Below are positions 13,395-27,280 of a stretch of 64,000 bases of DNA, piece after piece (the stretch's first letter is position 1; each line of letters opens with the position of its first letter). This DNA comes from Takakia lepidozioides (lineage: Eukaryota > Plantae > Bryophyta): contig CM060733.1 of NCBI GenBank assembly GCA_030704615.1, positions 3,162,001 to 3,226,000 on the forward strand, read 5' to 3'. Made by a program: the position numbers and the translations under genes. A model generated the notes under the pieces. That model was not told where the DNA came from, did not search any database, and worked only from the letters and a program-made list of their open reading frames with translations.

Positions 13395-16300
13395 GTATCT
13401 CCCCGTTGCTCCATTTCTCTCTCTGAAGTCAGTCGGGCTGAGACACTCGGAGGTCATATGCATCAAGAATCAGTTCTCTGGAACAGTCCCAGTGCCGTAA
13501 CTCAGTTAGAGGGACATCCTTCATTTCCATTGTATGGGCCTTCCTTGCAACGAGGTTGCAGGCCAGATCGCAAGCCGGAGATGACTCAAGAGACCTGTTT
13601 TGTCCCTGTTCCTGAAGGTGAAGATGAGTGTCAATCACAGACTGTTCCTGGGCCCACTGTAGTCTCGACTTCTCCATCTGAGTTGCTTGAGGTTGGTGCT
13701 TCCAGCATGGTTGCTTAAAACGCATTGGATGAGTGTAATTATATTGTTTCATGGTCCAAGGACGCACTCCATATCTGTAGACCCCTGGTCTCCGTGGCCT
13801 GAACCCCTTTATGGCATTTTTCCAGCATCCGAACTGAGGGTCTTACAAAATGAATCTAGAGTTCAGTGTCTGAAATTTTCTTAGAAACTGAGGCATGCAC
13901 AACAGCACTAGAGAAGAGAAGTTACCCCAGTGTATTCTCTGCCGGATATCTGCTCATGCTATGCAACTTTTCTTGTAGGATTCAGGGAGGAGCAATGTAT
14001 CTAATGAAGGGGTTAGTCAAGGTGCTCTGGAGAAGCTGCATGAGGCATGGGCAGTGGGGACTTGGGGAGGAGAGAAGCTCAGCAAGTGGGATCTCAAAGA
14101 GATCGACATAGGAACTGGGTGGCGTGTGAAAGCCGCCCTGACAGAGTTTGATGCTTTGAAGAGAGAAGAAAGTGCAGCAGAGCAGAAAGAAATGTGGGTC
14201 CGTGAGAGCAACCTGGTGAATGCAAGGGAGGTTTCGGAAAGGCTTGTGAAAAAGGATGGTAGACTTGGGAAGTTCCTTAAAGGTGCAGACCTTGATAGAG
14301 GGAGTTTCACTAGAGTTTACAACATAGCTGCATTACGTGTCCCAGTTGAAGAATGTGGAGCACTAGTTGACAGGCTGAAAGGACATCTTCTTAATTGGCC
14401 TCGGGTAAAGAATGTAGCTAGAGTTACAGGTGATGATGGAGATTTGTCTGTCAAGAGATTGCTCTGGGAAGAAGAGACAGCATCCCAAAACTTGGTTGAT
14501 TCTGTAAGGCATGCTGTTTATGACGGCCATATGGCGTTGTCCGATACCATTGACCCAATAAAGCGGGAGAAGAAATGCAGACTTCCAAAGTCCACAAAGT
14601 TGAGCAATGGTGGAGCCCCAGCTGCGCTTAAATCTATCGTAGGGACGGGAGTGCAGGAGCGGCCACTAGTCAGAGGGTCGAGTAGGAGGGCATGGGAGGA
14701 AGGAGCAGTGTCGGTTGAAGTTGTTGAAGGCACACATCCTTGTTTGGAGATCCCAGGCCTAAGGGAACAGAGTATGTCACATCAAAGTTCCCTTCCTGGA
14801 GTTTGGGCTAGCTGGGAGAATGGTGGAAGCATTCCCACCATCCATGATGATGGTAAGGCTGCCCTACGCAAGAGTTAATACACCTCGATACTGGCTTTGA
14901 TGGCTGTGATCCCCAAAACATGGCAGTTCTCTTCTCCCAGTCAGTAGCATATGGTTGAATCCATCCATTTTTGGTTTCTAAGTGCTGCATGATAAGGAAA
15001 GTCAGTGATGTCGCCAAATGAAAATTAAATATTTGGCAGGTTCACATTGTTTATGTGTTCTTGATTAATAGTGTGGGCAGTTGAGCAGCTGGAGACCTGG
15101 AGAGAACCAACCCGGTTGTTGCTACTGGATGAAAGGCATGCAGGGAAACCGGGGGTGGGGCTTCCACCCGCTGTGCAGGTGGCCTCCTGTGCTTTGTAAG
15201 CTGTCACTTCTTATGCTTTCATTATTCTGCATAGTCCAGGTGGCCTTATGAAGTCCTTTTGATCCTTTTGCCAGTGTATTCTAGTCGGCCTTCTCACACG
15301 CCTATATGAAGAGATTTGGCAGGCAAAATGGGGTATGCCAGATGACTTTGAAACTTCATTTATCAAAGTCAAAGTGGATGCTTGCAAGTCCTTTGTTCGT
15401 CTGGAGACATAGAGGCATCTCCACCAGCTTCATTTATTTAATGTCACTTTTATGGTATCCCATCACCCTGGGAGGGTCTGCCAGTAACAAATGGGTCATT
15501 GTACATTATACTAGGGAGAAGATTTCACCGCCGCCAAATGGATATCCACCAGCTCACGGTGGTGAGGTTGGGGTTTTTTTGCAGCTAAAGCTACGGTGGT
15601 TGGGCTGTATGTTTACAGGTAGTGCTTGAAAGAGGTAGATGTGAGGTGGTGCAGTGCCGACTGACACTCGCATATGATTACTGGCTCATGGATGAGGTAT
15701 CCTCCTTCTGTTGGCTCTGTCACTCCATCTCTGTCTATGGTGTAATGTCTGTCTACTCTTTCTTTCAATGAAATATTAAGGCTATGAACATGTTTAGGTT
15801 TTAAGGGAGCTTCTTCCATCGGGCATGCTGGTACCCACAGCCTTTGAGAGCATTGGTCACATTGCGCACCTGAACTTACGATCTGAGCATTTACCTTTCC
15901 GGCATATCATTGCCCAGGTCAGTACCCTCTGGTTCTTTTGCCTCTTGAGTGCTCTGGCAGGTTATAGTTAAGAGGCACATTTTACATCACTTCTCCTTTT
16001 AAGAGGTGTCTCCATCTCTCTGCCTCTCTTTTTCTCTGCCCCTCTGGTCCCTCTTGGCCTCCTGTGGACGTAGTACATTTCTTTGTCCCTTCCTCCTTTC
16101 TTTTCTTCTTTTGCCACGACACAGACAAGTGTCACACAAACAGCCACTTAGCATATGTTGAAGAGGGGTGGGGGCAGGTTGTACTCGAGAAGCACAAGCC
16201 CAGGATACGGACAGTAGTCAACAAAACTGATGCAATTCACAGTAAGTATCGCACCATGCAGCTGGAGCTGCTAGCAGGCAACAGCTCCCTGGTTACCACT

Positions 16301-18606
16301 GTAGTGGAGCATGGGCATTCTTTCCGCATCGACCTCGCCTCCGTGTGAGTGTTTCCTTTCTAGTCTGACTGATACACTGAGAAATGGCGGATTTCAGCAA
16401 TTACTGTGGCTTGCCAGTGCTCGGTTTACAAAGCTGTGCCAGTTACTACAGCAGAAGAGAAGTTAGACAGAGGAGGGAAAATATGAGACCAGATGGAATA
16501 ACTTAGGCTCCTGAAAAGTGTTAGAACATGTTCCACATAGGTATGAGTCTGCTGTTGTGCCTATGAAGTGTAACAGTGCATCATGAGTCATATATACCCA
16601 GCTATCTTTATTTTCTTGTGCAGTTACTGGAACTCGCGACTTGGCACTGAAAGACAACGCCTCGTGGAGAGCTTCGAGGCTAGCGATGTTGTGTGTAAGT
16701 GCATCTTTGCAAATGCCCCAAGCTCTACAGTAGTATTTTGTATGCACACTATCAGGCTGTGAAATCTCTACATTCATTTCTCTCCAATGTTCATGGTTGG
16801 ATAGTGCCTAGCAAGAGGTGGTAAACAACATTCACTAGTGGTGTTTCTGTTCATGGGCTGATATGCAAGTGAGTGGTTGGAACTTAGTACCATGATCATA
16901 CTAGCTACCCGTCATATACTACCTTGTCAAATAGATGAATTCTGTGGCATACATGCAGGTGATGTATTCGCAGGTGTGGGACCCATTGCTGTCGTTGCAG
17001 CTACGAAAGTGAGGTTTGTGTATGCCAATGATTTAAATCCAAGTGCAAGCAATTATCTGCGTCACAATTTGGTGCTCAACAGGCTCGTCCATAAAGCAGA
17101 GGTTGGAAGTCTCTTACTGGGCGTACATTACATTTAAAGCTTACCCTGTGTTTGTATTATTGCTTTCATGTCATTATTCAAGCTATAAAGTCGCATTGGG
17201 GAGGCAAAAGTATTTGAAATGGTCTAGGTGTTGCAGGCAGGGTCTTGGAGAGGACAGGTGGCTACACCAGCACACTTTGTGTTTTTGTTAAGAATGTTGA
17301 CTTAGGATCCTATCTGTATTAAGCTCAGTTTATTTGTATCATGGATAATAGGTTTCAAACAAAGACGGCCGACAGTTTCTACGGGACTTGCTGGCAGGCG
17401 AAAGGCCAGTGCGAATGACACAAGTGGTCATGAATCTTCCGTTGGATGCTGCAGAGTTCTTAGGTCTCTCTCTGAAATTTAATGCTTTTTTTTACTTGTA
17501 AGACTGGTCATAGGGATGTACAACCTGATATCTGCTTGAAAGTAAAGCTTGTGGAGAAGGCCAATCAAAGGTGAATATATCTTAATTTGGCTCTTGATCC
17601 TGCTTGTCAATAGTTTGACATTACACCGATTTCAACAAGGAACCTGTTTAGCTGGTATGAAGGTGTCTGCCAATTGGGTGTGGGTGGAGATTGGCAACTG
17701 AGGGGTAGATGAGACACTTTCTTGAATGAAGGGCAGGGTTTGGAACAGGTCATGCTTCCTTAAGACCCTGTTGCTGTAGGCTGTTGGTACCACAACATAC
17801 TCTCTTGGTGCAAAGTGGAAGCCCTGCTGTAGTGCCAAACGGACATAAAAGAACATCGATGAGTTGAATGCAGATGGCTCTGGCAGAATTTATGAGCAAT
17901 TATGTGAGGTGATACTGCATTGGATGGGTGTGACAGATGTGTTTGTTGGAGCTTTCAAGAAAGAGACGTGGGGGAGGCAAGCACTCCCCAAGATCCACGT
18001 TTATGGCTTCTCAAAGGCTGCTGATCCAGAAGCTGAGTTTGCCGAGGTTGGTGGAAATCTTCTGCATGATCCTCTTAATGAGATCGTGGATCTAAAATTG
18101 AACTGTGATGAATTTGAACTGTGGGATAATATGTGATATGTCCCTCAATTGGCTTCTCATACAGTTTGAAAATCGTTTAAAACCCACACTCCGCATCTTC
18201 TAGGAATTGCTTGGTTTTTCCTGGTTATTTGTACGAATGTTGTGCCAACCAAGCAACAGCCTGATTACAATGCGTGTCTTATGGTCTATGCTTGGAGTCG
18301 TCATGGTCCACACATTTGTTGGCGGGGGCATTGCTGGATCAAACTGGACCAGTGTCTATGGAAAGAACTGCTAGTGCATGGCAATTACTACCCAGTCATG
18401 TACACGTCAGGAGTTAATTACCAGGAACTCAATGCTGATTTAGCATCTGATTCTGAATACGCCAATTGATTCTGCAGAGGATTGCAGAGATCGTAGGAGG
18501 GATGCCCCATCCATTGCATATGCATCATGTTCGACTGGTGGCGCCCAGAAAGTGGATGCTCTGTGCCTCCTTTCAACTTCCTCCCAATGTGGGTTTTGAA
18601 GAATGA
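13395..18606 (+). CDS. TRM5: tRNA (guanine(37)-N1)-methyltransferase, TRM5/Met-10+ family, probably the organellar TRM5b type; true start codon upstream and unresolved
   Basis: Exons 13395-13691 (YGPSLQRG) and 13979-14853 (FTRVYNIAALRVP...LKGHLLNWPRVKNVARV). Later exons give EPTRLLLLDE, PTAFESIGHIAHLNLR, IRTVVNK...YRTMQLELLAG, YWNSRLGTERQRL, the SAM motif DVFAGVGP, ANDLNP, VVMNLP, PKIHVYGF and HVRLVAPRKWMLCASFQLP. Stop at 18604-18606. Confidence 0.9.
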
Positions 18607-20320
18607 CCTCCTAGGGTGTTGTGGCTATTGACTTATCACAGGGTTATTGTAGGACTCAAAGAAATCAGAGTATGAGATTGCTCAGCTCGTGTGAGACGAT
18701 AATTGATTGGAGACAGATATCCATGCCCATTCTATTTAGTACCTGGAACAGCTGGCAGTTGCAGCTCAGCTCAGCATGGGATTTGTATCAACATGCACTT
18801 ACTAGCAGGTGGGCACCTTATTTAGATGTTTATAACAATTGCAGTTTAGATGTTTAGTTTTATGTGATGTTGATGAATAGTTTCACATCAAAAATTCTCC
18901 CTCAAGTCTGTCCTCTTAAAACTGATGTGGTGATAAAACATCCAGAGAAGTGTGGATCGCACAAACAGCCTGCGTTTAATCTTTGTTTGGTGCTCTAGCA
19001 TCACATGGGTTTGAGTCATCAGATAGACCTTGCCCTGACCCTATGCCCATCCACACTACGGCATGACAACACTATCATGCATGTGTATCTAAAGTTGTGA
19101 GAAAGAGTGCAACTTCTGACTGTGGATCTTCGTGTTCCCCTCTGATGAGTCCCCAGAAAGAGGACAGTAGCGCAGTCCCGTCTATCGGGGATGGAAACCA
19201 AAGCCTGTATGGACAAGGATTTTCAATCAGACTACTATCCTCCATATGTCATTATGTCGTTTTCAAGCTCACTTGTCATGTCATTCTGCTGCAGAGCCAT
19301 ACTTCTGTCATGCAACATTTGTCTTGAATTGGTTTGTTAACCCTCTTTGCACTCTCTGGTATGCAATGGTTCTTGTCCCTCAGTCCCTCAGTATGTGTTC
19401 CTTACTGCAAAAGCCCTTGTTAATAGATATCTTCTATGCAACCAAACTCAATAGGTAAGTCTGTCAACTAATGCTTGCAATAAAGCCATCAGTCAACTCC
19501 TTAATCTGCAGTCTTATACAATAATCACCCCCAGTTACCACTACCACATCACTCCGAGCTAATGACTGTCTGCATCCACAAGCAATGAGAGGTAAGAGTT
19601 CCTTGGAAGAAGATGGTGATGATAACGCAAAAACAATACACGTCCAATTCTGCAGTCTCTTCACGACAATCGAACTCAGCAAACTACACACGATTGCTAC
19701 TTGAAACGGTGTCGCACAAGAGCAGCTCAGCCTCTGATCTCCAGCTTCATCCCTCTAAACACTCTTACGCCTTCTCTCGTAAGTTACAAGCACTTCTGAC
19801 TTTGTGTCGGAAAGCAACGTATGATGTGGCTTCGCAAGGTGAAGTGTCGGAGGCATTCATCCAGGAGAGCAGCAGTTTTCATTCGATGGTCGGTTGTATA
19901 CATGTATGATGTGGCATGCTTCCATACGGCAGCAGTCGAGAGTAGTTGCGGGTAAGCAACTCTCTGGCACTAGGTTGCCCTTGCCGTTCAGTTGCGCTTT
20001 GCAGGAATCAAGATCCTGGCTAACTTAACGTGAGATTACGAGCTCGCATACTGCTGACTCTCTCTCTGCTGTTCCTAGGATTATAGATCTGAGTGCATTC
20101 GCTATTGTCTCTGTTGAAATCAAGGGCTCGAAGTCATACCAGTTTTGTATACCTACCACACCAACGACGGTTGGTTTTTATCTCCTCGCTTGTTCAACGT
20201 CGGCTATCCTGCAGTTAGCTTATTGGTCTCTTTGTGTTGGTTCTCTGTCTCTTTGTGATCTTCTAAGGCTCTCTCTCTTTCAACGCTGCATTTCCTGTCT
20301 TTGTATCCGAGGGTGAGGCA

Positions 20321-21874
20321 ATGTCGACTGTAGACGAAGAGTTTCGGTGCTTTGTGGGCGGTCTGTCCTGGGGGACCTCGGACCGAGATTTGGAAGATGC
20401 TTTCCGATCCTTCGGAAGTGTTTTGGAAGCAAAGGTACGTTTCTGTTAAATAGGAGTACGTGACAATGTTTGAAACTATTCCTGTAGGACTCTGTGTCGG
20501 ACACATTATCTGCTGTTCATGCCTGCATTGCTCCTTCGACAATCTGTTTGCTCTGTCCCGTTCCTGTCTAGTGCTAGGAGCATTGTGACTAGCTATATCA
20601 ACTTAGGCTTGCTTCATTTTTACCTCCGGCTGGTGCTGCCCACGCGTGTAGCTCCTATATGTTACGCGTTGGGCTGATAAACACGCTTTTGTCTGTTGCT
20701 TTCGTCTCAAACTGTTGTAGATGTAGAACACTCCCATTCCTTCTCCACAACTGACTGTTATCGTATTCAGGGTTTATGCTTAGGGTTCAAACAATCTACA
20801 TGAAGTAGCTGGAGAGGGATCAATATGGATCAGGGGGTTCATCCTCCTCATCAATTATTTCACTGTAGATGTACAAGAAAGATTCGGTTTCTATCCTGAG
20901 TTAGGCCAATGCACCGGCCAAGCTTTTTAGGAATCGTTTCTTACTGGTGTGTTACACTTTAGTTTTTGGTTTTTTTGTATGCTACTGGTTGATCTCCTTT
21001 ACTCGAGTAGTTTTATGTGTTGAGAGCTCATTCGTCTGCCATTCTTCCTTGCTGCATTTGCTTAATGATGTGTTGCCCTTCTTGCTTTGTAAAGCCACTT
21101 CTTGTGGAGCACCAGCGTTGACTCAGCTTAAAGTGATGTTGTTGGCAGGTGGTGGTGGATAGAGACACAGGCCGCTCTCGGGGCTTTGGTTTTGTTACAT
21201 TTGGCAATGAGCGCTCTATGGATGATGCTATAGACCGCATGCATGGAAAAGATTTGGATGGTCGTCCTATCACTGTCAACAAAGCGCAACCAAAGACTGG
21301 AGGGGGAGGTGGTGGAGACCGGTATGGCGGCGGCGGCGGCGGTGGTGGTGGGGGTGGAAGGAGCTATGGTGGAGTGGAGGGTGGTGGTGGTGGGGGGGGT
21401 GGTGGTGGTGGTGGTGGTGGTGACTGCTTCAAATGTGGCCAGCCTGGTCACTGGGCGAGAGAATGCCCTTCAAGTGGTGGAGGAGGGGGTGGTGGTGGTC
21501 GGTACTCCTCTGGTGGTGGTGGTGGTGATCGCTATGGTAGCAGCCGTGGCAGTGATCGTTACGGAGGAGGAGGAGGAGGCAGTGACCGGTATGGGGGCAG
21601 TGGCGGGGGTAGCCGCTACAGCAGCAGTGACCGTGGCGACAAATCCTCGGATCGATATAATGGTGGTGACCGCTATGGGGGTGGAGGAGGAGAGCGTTCT
21701 AGTTCCCACCGGGAGAGTGGAGGAGGACGTGGAAGTGGGAGCAGTGATCGCTATAGCAGTGGGGGTCCATCCCGTTATGATGGTGGCAGCCAGCGTGACC
21801 GCTCAGGACCTTATGACCGTCCTGCAGGTGGTGATACTGGCTCTCCAGCTCGATCATATGATGATCGTTACTGA
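20321..21874 (+). CDS. RZ1: Glycine-rich RNA-binding protein with RRM and CCHC zinc knuckle (RZ-1 family); exons 20321-20434 and 21149-21874
   Basis: RNP2 in [11 protein letters not shown]; intron after EAK; RNP1 RGFGFVTF; knuckle [14 protein letters not shown]; DRYGGG repeats; C-terminal [10 protein letters not shown]. Confidence 0.93.
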
Positions 21875-24800
21875 GTAAGCAGATGTTTGTCATGGTTTGT
21901 CAAGGTTACTGTCCCTCAACGCCGGAATCTCAGATACAAGTTTCCTTTGAAGGGCAGTTTCTATCCGGTGTGGAGGGACAGTTACTGTCTGTTGGCTAGC
22001 CATGAAATCACTGGAATCTCGGAGATGTGAGTGGAGGGTCACTGCTACATAGGTGAGATCAGCTCCCTGTATAACTTGCGGGTTAGATGGTGCTGATTGC
22101 TACCCACATTTGAAATTTTTTGGTACTGGATGAATTTTCATGGGGTGCTATCCAACTTCAGCCTTCAACATACCTAAAGTTTTGATAAGTACAAGCCTTG
22201 ACTCAGATCAACTATAAGCTGTTCTGTTCTGGGTTCATTTTGGTCTGTGCCATATCTCTCGGAGTACTTATCAGGCTCTCTGGAAACTGTGGCTTTGGAG
22301 AGGATGGTAGCAGCATATTTTTGACTAATATACTTCCTGGGCCTTATCATTTGAAACTGGCTGGTGAAGGTTAAGGTCTACATTGTGAGAAGTCAATTGA
22401 AGTATGTTGTTCTGTTTGGGAGATCGGCGCAGTTTGATTGATTCAGTGTTGACAAATCATATACGGCTCCCAGTGTTATTCAAGGAACCGGGTATAATGT
22501 TCACAAAGCCTGCAAGTCGCTCATGATCCTCTTCCAGGTTTGATGGTGAATGGTGTCTGCCTGTCTATTGCAAGTGAAAGTGGAAGACCTGTTGTCCACG
22601 GGGGGAAGTTTTCTCTTAAAAAGAAAGGTGAGAAAGTGTATCCCGAGCATTTGCTGAGGAGCTGTTATCACTAGGTCCTTGTGAACGAAGCTGTTTTTGT
22701 GGGGCTGCCTCCTCTTCTTCCTATGAAAATCAAGCCATGGACAATCTGTGAACAGAGTTTGATTCCAGGCTCAGGGGCTTCCATCTCACCCATCTGCTCC
22801 TTGTGTGTTTCTCCGACTGCTTGGGTGTGTTGTAATGTAGTTGGGAACTAGTCTACTTCGGTTTTTCTTGGAAGTGAGCTTGACAATCAAAGACAATCAA
22901 TCAGAAGATTCCGGTCTCATGTTATCAACCATTTGTTGCGCTCTTGGTGAGTCAAGAGTGGTTTCTGGTCAGCAAATGATTGAGTTTCTTTCTACAACTT
23001 TGAAGGCTGAGGCTGGGCGAATGGCAAGAGCGTTTAGACACTGCACTGGGGTGAGGTCAATGTTCCAAGTGGGAAACTGTTTGTGTGCCATGTTCTTGAA
23101 TGAAGGAGCCAATTTGCAACTGTATGTGGGCAGTGTGCACTCCATGAGCATTTGTCTGAAAAGCACCATCACCAGCATTATGGGTATGGGAGTGGACATC
23201 AGTGTTCAGAGAAAGTGTACTGTTTGGTGGTATTTCTCAGGCTCTTTATGTCCTTTTTGGATCAGATCTCATTCTCCGACTGAGTTACTGAGCCGGAGAG
23301 GACCCTGGTGCAGGGGCTGGCGGCATGTGCTGGAAGCTTAACCAGATCCACCATTGAGCCTAACTGAACTTTAGCAAGTGTAAACCTGCACTCACTGAGC
23401 AAGCCTTACCTACTGAGCGCTCCAATTGAGATCTGCACATGAGGGGGCCAAGTGCTGTGCTTATTGTGAACCAAATTGACCAATTACCTGGTGCAGTACC
23501 CTTCAAGTGCTTTCAAGTGTCACTGTTAGTCTGCCAAGCTCCCTCTGGGCAGGGTGTGCTGTTAGACTGAGTGTTTACCACAACTTGAAGGCAAGTTTGT
23601 TCTCAAGAACCAACTTCATTTGCTCGGTGGGACATGTAGTGCTAATGCTATATTGACTCTATTTTTTGGATATGTTTTTTTATCGCTGAATTTGGTGGCT
23701 CACTGGCTTTGAACTGTTGAGTGCTTGTGTCTGCCTTGAAAGGAGTCATTCACAAGGCAGAACTTCCACACACAGAAACACTTGATCTCCTCAAGGTGAT
23801 GTGTTGTGTAGATTAATCCTGGTGACTGATGACACCTGTGTGGGGAGGCCAATGTTTATCAAGGCCTTCCTTGTGGGCGGGATCTTTTGATGGAGTGTTT
23901 GTCATGGTGAGTAAGTACAAGCTTGACACTGGTACCAGTATGAACCAGGTTACATGGTAGTGTATGCAGTTGATTTACTGCTATGCAAGTCACAGCTAGA
24001 ATTATTGGCGTTGGCTGTAAGATTTTGTGCTACTGATCGACACAGCTTTCCTCGTCAGTGCACAGAAACTTCCACAATACAGTAAGTCTGAGGTTAACAG
24101 GGCAGCAATAGGCATCAGCCCAAGGTGAGTGCCCTCCTGTCTGCATTTTGATATGGACCCTCTTGACTTGTGGCTTTTAAGGTTCAAGGAAGATGTTCTT
24201 AGCTTGGACTTATTTCAGAGTGGGTTGCATCCTGCTTTTGTGATGTCTCGTGATTTACTATGTAGCCACATTTCTGAGTTGTTGGGGGGTCAGGTATGAG
24301 GATCAATGGTGGATGATGGTTTTATGCAAGTGCCAGAGGCTTATGGTTGGTAATGGTGAGAAAATTGGAAGGTAAGTGAAGTGAAACAGTAATAATGAAT
24401 GGTAGGCTATTCTTCTCCACTTGTTTAAGAGCATGAGCTCCTTAGATTTTAGACAAGCATGCCTGCTGATAAATTTCCTGTTCTCATTTTATGGACGTTT
24501 TGCTTTTATGTAGATGCGAACATTGACATTTCACTGTTGTATCTTAAGAGGATTCACCGAGTTGGTATGATGCCTCTTGACAGGAATTGATAGACAAGTT
24601 ACATAGGTCAACTGCTGTAGACGTTTTCAAATTTTTGAGGAGATTCTGTGACATCCTATGTATAATAATCATGGACCAGGGTTCCACGATCCCGGATTCA
24701 ATTTTTGAAATGCCCTCTTTCTGTAAGTTTTGGGCTTTACTATGATTCTTCAAGGTAAGATTTAGAATGGTAATAGGAGAAACTGATCTATCAAAATGGT

Positions 24801-25819
24801 AGAATGGCTTGAGAACATCAGTTTCAGTGAACACCAATAAAAGACATTTTGATTGGCCACCAGTCAGACATTGAAATCCCCATGAAGAGTAGCTGGATTT
24901 ACAAATAAAATTTCAGTGGAACTAGAAGTGTAGAGTTTTGGTAGGAACATGAATGGTGCAATGAAAACTAGAATTTGTTGAATGTGCCGAGGCAAATGGA
25001 AGCTGCAGAAGATGATGCAGGTAGCCATTCTCAGATCAGTCATGCCAGTATACAGTAAGGTCAAAAGTTAAGAGGAAATGTGATTGCCATGGATGCATGT
25101 AGTACAGATACCCTTGAAAGATTTTGCTGCTTGCTACTGTGCAATTTTATGTATTGTGCATGCAGTGTCTAAGGCTTAGGTCACTGCAATGCTGATTGGA
25201 GACTCTCTGTGACCTCGGATTGATCTTGTTTTGACTTAAGACAAGAAGACACAGAATACTGGAACGACAATTTGATCAACACCTAGAGCTGGATCTTTAC
25301 ACAGATATTCACAGTATAGCCGGTCAATGAGCACTGTCAAAGTTGAAGCCCTGAGTATGGCAGGAAGAAGACACGGCCTGAGTGCTCATACTAAGATAAC
25401 GATGTCCACTCCTCGCCTGCTCGCCCTCATAACTCAGTTGGGTTGCTTCACAGAAGCAGCCTGAGTAGCACCGCAAAAGCAGACAACGCTCAATTAAAGA
25501 CTCTTCGTAAAGGTCTGACCATGAAATCTGCACATCTGTGCGGCACGTCTGCCGCAGAAACAACTCCAGACTCTTGACACTCCATTGAAGGCTTCATAAT
25601 GGGAAACTATGGAAGAAGCTGATCCTAAACATCTAACTACCGAACTACCCTCTCAAAGAATAGAAAGGACGGACTCACACCTGCTTCATTCGCATATCTT
25701 CAACTGAGCCTTATCTTTTAAGGGAGTGAATGTGGAGCCAAGGTTGGCACTCTGAATTCCTATCTAAATCTCACTACTTCAAGTAGGAAATTAGAGGAAA
25801 GGCAGTCTGAGCGCTGTGC

Positions 25820-26471
25820 TCAGCCTACTGAAATTACCAGTTTGCGCTTGGCTTCCCTATACTCTGCCAGAAGTCGAGCATCCCTCTCATCCATCGCTCG
25901 ATCCCAGCTATCGTGGCAGGGATGCTTGGGCTACAAATCATACCACACCTTACGATCAGTTAAGAATTAGTGTCGGTACTGCAAAAAGAGGAATCTGGAT
26001 CATTTACTGCTCGAAGTTGGAGTTTGCCAATCTCAATAAGCGATTTAACGAGATATTTTCCAGCTGTGACTCCAATCTTACTCACACATATTATCACGGC
26101 TGATCCACGATTTTTTTGTGAGATGCCCAACAGAAATTAGCAGTTGACCCAATGTGGTGATAATTGTGCGCGAACCCCGCCTGAACCCACCTATCCATGT
26201 CAAGAAGACAGCTCAAATCTATCCAATCCGCCTTTGAGAATGACACTAGGTCTTGTCGAATTAGCACCAGCGGGCAACCACACAAGAAAGTGTGAGCACC
26301 TTGAATGCATCCAGAATCTCATTAAATTCAATCACAGCGATGAAGAAAAAACAATAGACTGCATACCTTGCCATAGAAAAGTTTATGAATGATGTCCAGA
26401 GACGTTCCTGCGACGCACAAGCAGAGGCCAACCATGCCCAAGGGGAGCAGCGGTTCAATCCACTGCGACAT
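25820..26471 (-). CDS. NDUFA1: Mitochondrial complex I subunit NDUFA1 (MWFE); exons 26471-26367 and 25930-25820
   Basis: Manual translation: MSQWIEPLLPLGMVGLCLCVAGTSLDIIHKLFYGK, donor gtatgc, acceptor tttgtag, then PKHPCHDSWDRAMDERDARLLAEYREAKRKL(VISVG*). This fits the plant MWFE pattern W.E..LPLG.....C........IHK...G.PKH..HD.WD.AM..RD. The last residues could differ if the GTAATT donor at 25837 is used. Confidence 0.88.
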
Positions 26472-26479
26472 TTGTGCAC

Positions 26480-26703
26480 CCTGATTTTGATCACTGCTTC
26501 AATCTCCTCAGACTAGATAGCTTTAAACTCGTCACAATGCTTCGGCCTGCATCTTGTGTTATGAATACTGTACCTTCTGCTCCTCGGAGATTATCTACCA
26601 GAATCAATGTCATCTTTCTCAGCCTCTCCTCGGAATTGTACACCATAATGTCTGGAAGCTTCATGACTAGAAGTGGACCCAATTTTAATATGCCACTTGT
26701 CAT
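26480..26703 (-). pseudogene. Possible decayed mTERF-repeat fragment immediately upstream of NDUFA1
   Basis: LVMKLPDIMVYNSEERLR and, in another frame, SEEIEAVIK resemble the mTERF repeat consensus. The match is short and frameshifted. Confidence 0.3.
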
Positions 26704-26799
26704 GTTATACGAGAGGGCTCAAGTTGCATGCATGCAATTTCAAAAATGAGCACCAACTAAATAATAATAGTAACAAGCAGCAAAAGCATACCCAATTGG

Positions 26800-27280
26800 G
26801 TTCCAATTTTTTTCAAAAAACAATTGTTTAAAAAAAAATAAAATGAAAGTGGATAGAGGCCTGCTGATCAAAATTGTTCTCATGTTAGCAGCAAATTTGA
26901 GAACATTAACAATTACGTGAAATGCATATTCTCCTTCCAAGTTGTCTGATTGGATGTAAAAACGGGACCATCAGAGTTGGTCCCAAATTTTATTACGTAT
27001 TTTCTTAAAAATCAGGATAACCAGAACTGGCGGTCCCCATTTAGTAAGTAATTTTTTTAAATTTAGGATTGTAACGATCCCAAATTTTTTTTGAAAATAA
27101 ATGTTTTAAATTTTGGACCACCAGATATGACCTGACGGTTTACGTGTCTGATAAACCATGTAAAGTAAAAGTTGAGATTTTTTTTTAAAATACACAACGT
27201 ACAGTTTTTGAGGTGACGTGACACACGTTCGGATGTGACGCTAACGTGTTAGCGCCAGTCATGTCATTTTGTACAGCTAG
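26800..27280 (+). mobile_element. Degenerate end of a non-autonomous DNA transposon related to 33660-34846
   Basis: AT-rich tract with GGCGGTCCC/GGGACC motifs. It ends in the hairpin TGACGCTAAC-GT-GTTAGCGCCA followed by TTTTGTACAGCTAG, paralleling 34795-34846. Confidence 0.4.

Noticed and set aside
21128-21878. Val/Ala/Thr-rich ORFs overlapping RZ-1
   Set aside because: They are alternative-frame shadows of GGN glycine codon runs.
22841-23341. 166-aa ORF between RZ-1 and NDUFA1
   Set aside because: It has a non-ATG start, no recognisable motif and no supporting exon structure.
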